NCBI GenBank assembly: GCA_016840085.1
Contig: JAEOTA010000036.1
Coordinates: 1 to 64,000 of the forward strand
Direction: 5' to 3'
Origin: Promethearchaeota archaeon
Lineage (GTDB): Archaea; Asgardarchaeota; Lokiarchaeia; Sigyniarchaeales; SOKP01
Length of the DNA stretch: 64,000 bases
Part shown: piece by piece, positions 61,395 through 64,000 of the stretch
Position numbering within the stretch: position 1 is the first letter of the stretch
How the letters are laid out: the number at the start of each line of letters is the position of its first letter
The notes under the pieces: model-generated
The model's input: the letters and a program-made list of their open reading frames with translations, nothing else
Told to the model about the DNA's origin: nothing
Databases searched by the model: none
Translations under genes and position numbers: made by a program

Positions 61395-62225
61395 ATGTCA
61401 GAAAAAGAATTTAAAGATGTAATAGTAGAAAAGGATGAAGAAGGAAACTACGCTGTTATCTCTATAAACAGACCAGATAAATTGAATGCCCTAACAACTG
61501 ACACATTGAGGGAAATTTATGAAGCTATGGAACAATTTGAAATCGATAGTAACGTGAGATGTATTGTTCTTAGGGGCACTAAAAATGTTACTAAGAAACC
61601 CGCTTTTTCTGCTGGTGCAGATTTATCTGCGGGTATGGGAAAAGGTCTTAAACCTAATATTCCCGCACATATGGCTTTGTCTATGCAACAAAAACATAGG
61701 TATTACGCCCTAATTGAACAATTTCCAAAGCCTGTAATTGCTGCAGTAGATGGGTTTGCATTTGGAGGGGGTTGTGAATTAACTCTTGTATGTGATATTA
61801 TAATTGCTACTAAAAGGTCAGAATTCGGTTTTCCGGAAATTTTAAGAGGAATATTTCCCGCTAATGGGGGTACTCAAAGAATGGCTCGGCGTATTGGAGT
61901 GAATCGCGTATTGAATATGATTTATTTTGGAGACCGTATACCTGCAGAGAAAATGCTTGAATGGGGTCATGTCAGTTATCTATGTGATAATGGTGAAGAA
62001 TTTGAGAAACTTATTCATGAAAAAGCTTCATGGTTGGGAAATGCAGCTACAACTAGTTTATTTATTATTAAAAAAGCAATCAAGTTTGGAACTCAAGTAC
62101 CATTAAGTATTGGAAATAATTTTGAAATACTAGGCTTTGGAGTAAATGCGGGTTCTAAAGATGTTAATGAGGGTATTATGGCCTTTTTACAAAAACGAGA
62201 ACCAAAATTCACTGGTGGAATGTAA
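61395..62225 (+). CDS. Enoyl-CoA hydratase/isomerase
   Basis: NRPDKLNAL, AFSAGADL, AFGGGCEL, PEILRGIFP; ATG 61395 preferred. Confidence 0.92.
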   Translation: MSEKEFKDVIVEKDEEGNYAVISINRPDKLNALTTDTLREIYEAMEQFEIDSNVRCIVLRGTKNVTKKPAFSAGADLSAGMGKGLKPNIPAHMALSMQQKHRYYALIEQFPKPVIAAVDGFAFGGGCELTLVCDIIIATKRSEFGFPEILRGIFPANGGTQRMARRIGVNRVLNMIYFGDRIPAEKMLEWGHVSYLCDNGEEFEKLIHEKASWLGNAATTSLFIIKKAIKFGTQVPLSIGNNFEILGFGVNAGSKDVNEGIMAFLQKREPKFTGGM

Positions 62226-62334
62226 AATATCATAATTCCTCTTTTTTCATTATTTTTTTTAATCCTTTTTTTTGATATATTTATAAATACAATTTATAAT
62301 TCTAAAGATATATATCCTCAATATTAATACTAGT

Positions 62335-62889
62335 ATGTATAACGCAGAGTTAATCGAAGAAATTAATGATGGCAATCTCTTTCTAAGAAAAATCTCTAAG
62401 CATGATGCTGAGTTTTTTTTCAACAGTTTAAATATCAATGATTTAACAACTTACTTATCATTAGGACCCCTAGCAACATTAGAATATTCAAAAAGACTCA
62501 TTAAGAATTACTTAAAATATTGGGATAATTATGCTCAATTCAATTATATTATTGAAGCAAAAGAAGAGGATAAAGAAAAAATAGGGTCAATAAGTCTATG
62601 GAATGTAAATTGGAGGCATATGAGAGCTGAAATTGGTATTTGGATTGTCCCTACCTTTTGGAATAAAGGATATGGGGAAAAATCTATAAATTTAATCAAA
62701 ATAATAGGATTCAATCACCTTAAATTAAATCGACTTGAGGCTCATATTGCTGTTGAAAATTTAAGGTCAATAACTCTTTTTAAAAAGTGTGATTTTTTAC
62801 AAGAAGGTGCCTTAACACAATATTTAAAATTTCAAGGGAAATATCACGATGCTGTAATCTTAGCTTGTACAAAAAGTAAAAAAGTTTAA
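62335..62889 (+). CDS. GNAT acetyltransferase, RimJ/RimL-like
   Basis: AEIGIW...WNKGYG, ENLRSITLFKKCDF. Confidence 0.88.
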   Translation: MYNAELIEEINDGNLFLRKISKHDAEFFFNSLNINDLTTYLSLGPLATLEYSKRLIKNYLKYWDNYAQFNYIIEAKEEDKEKIGSISLWNVNWRHMRAEIGIWIVPTFWNKGYGEKSINLIKIIGFNHLKLNRLEAHIAVENLRSITLFKKCDFLQEGALTQYLKFQGKYHDAVILACTKSKKV

Positions 62890-62900
62890 AATCATCTGAT

Positions 62901-64000
62901 TTATTTGCTTTCTTTAGATGATTTTTTGATTAAATTATCTAACTCTTCTTTTTTCTCTAATGATTTAGTTATCAATTCGTCAGAACCGATCTTCTTATCT
63001 ACTATTTTTGGAGTAGATTCAAGTGATTTTGTCTCTTTATCTGATAATTCAATTGGTTTGCCTCTACGGAGCATTAAATTTGTAGTTAATAACTGAGAGG
63101 TTTTAAGTATTTCTTTATTATACCTTCCCTTAAATGCGCTCTCATGACTTAAGATAGGAATTTCAGGAGCCTTTTCCTGACGTAATGTTCTTCGATATTT
63201 TCTCACTTTTCGTACAGGTTTAGGATATTTTAATATTCGTTGGTAAAGTATTATGTAGGTTGCTAAAACTCCAGCACCAATACAAGCTAAAATAAATAAT
63301 GCTTGGAATAGAACTGATTCTTTCACAGGAATATAAACATCATAAGAAATCCATAAGTTTACATTGTCAATTGATATTTTGATATTCTCTCTTAACGCAA
63401 ACTCATCTGCAAGATATATTTGGATTGAAAGATTAATTTCTTTGTCATTTGGAATAATTTTACCTACATTAAATCCATTTTCTGTAGCATTCTTAAAGGA
63501 TGTTTCTGCTTCACTTAATCTAACTGTTTCATTATGTTCAACATCATTTATAGAAATTTTAAATCTAGAATTTGGTGATAAATCTGAAGACCAGATTTGA
63601 TCCAATTTATATTCGAAATTGAGTTGGGCATCTATTACTTCCACTCTATACCCATTCGCTTCAATCTTTTTACCAGCGTATTTCCATGTTGCAGTACTAA
63701 ATTGATTAATCTTTTTTTCATAAGATATTGATAAAGAGTAATTTTTAATTATCATCATTTGCCAATCGTCTGAATCTTCTGGATGACCACTATCTTCACA
63801 CCAAAAATACATGCCTAATGTAATCGCAAAATTCTGATGATCATATTGTAAAGCCTGCTCAAGATAAAAAATTAAGGTCTCCTCATTAATAGGAACAATG
63901 AGGGTATCATTTAATTGAGTAATTGCAGGAGGTCCATCTTTACCTAAATCATCAGTTTGATATTGAGCGGCAATAAATTCTCTATTCCGATCAATATCTG
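62901..64000 (-). CDS. Partial membrane-anchored protein; 5' end lies outside the window
   Basis: Frame stays open from 63812 to the window edge; TM helix followed by YPKPVRKVRKYRR. Confidence 0.75.
   Translation of the reverse strand, partial: DIDRNREFIAAQYQTDDLGKDGPPAITQLNDTLIVPINEETLIFYLEQALQYDHQNFAITLGMYFWCEDSGHPEDSDDWQMMIIKNYSLSISYEKKINQFSTATWKYAGKKIEANGYRVEVIDAQLNFEYKLDQIWSSDLSPNSRFKISINDVEHNETVRLSEAETSFKNATENGFNVGKIIPNDKEINLSIQIYLADEFALRENIKISIDNVNLWISYDVYIPVKESVLFQALFILACIGAGVLATYIILYQRILKYPKPVRKVRKYRRTLRQEKAPEIPILSHESAFKGRYNKEILKTSQLLTTNLMLRRGKPIELSDKETKSLESTPKIVDKKIGSDELITKSLEKKEELDNLIKKSSKESK

Noticed and set aside
3913-63600. Short antisense or overlapping ORFs in the track (e.g. 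3913, 17392, 19180, 25985, 35619, 46998, 52231, 57285, 60115)
   Set aside because: They are shadows of well-supported genes or low-complexity AT-rich frames with no recognisable motifs.
1-64000. tRNA, rRNA, selenoprotein TGA read-through, transposases
   Set aside because: No GC-rich structured RNA, no in-frame TGA splitting a recognisable domain and no transposase motifs were seen by eye; a covariance-model scan was not possible.

Overview
AT-rich archaeal chromosomal segment, most likely from an Asgard archaeon of the Lokiarchaeia/Promethearchaeota. This is inferred from the IP[GS]Y-TM-basic C-terminal sorting tails, Rab-like and longin-fused small GTPases, membrane-longin fusions, LRR/TPR proteins and scattered beta-oxidation genes. 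About 50 CDS are present; no rRNA, tRNA, CRISPR array or transposase was recognised. The strongest signal is a Rab-like small GTPase (30419-31030) whose frame is broken by a 30-nt, stop-containing insert (30582-30611). The insert folds, on the mRNA strand only, into a bulge-helix-bulge (BHB)-type structure, and cutting at the canonical archaeal splicing-endonuclease positions restores an intact ...PTVGVNITKE... switch-I sequence. It is therefore a candidate endonuclease-spliced mRNA intron in an Asgard eukaryotic-signature gene. Other notable items: an LRR-RHH fusion with a small upstream ORF and a four-repeat operator; two MFS-like/longin fusion paralogues bracketed by two low-molecular-weight phosphatases; a mosaic tandem array of sorting-tail surface proteins; a double-domain PlsC acyltransferase; a HypD-type glycyl radical enzyme; and probable ATA/ATT start codons. 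All product calls come from motif recognition, not database searches.
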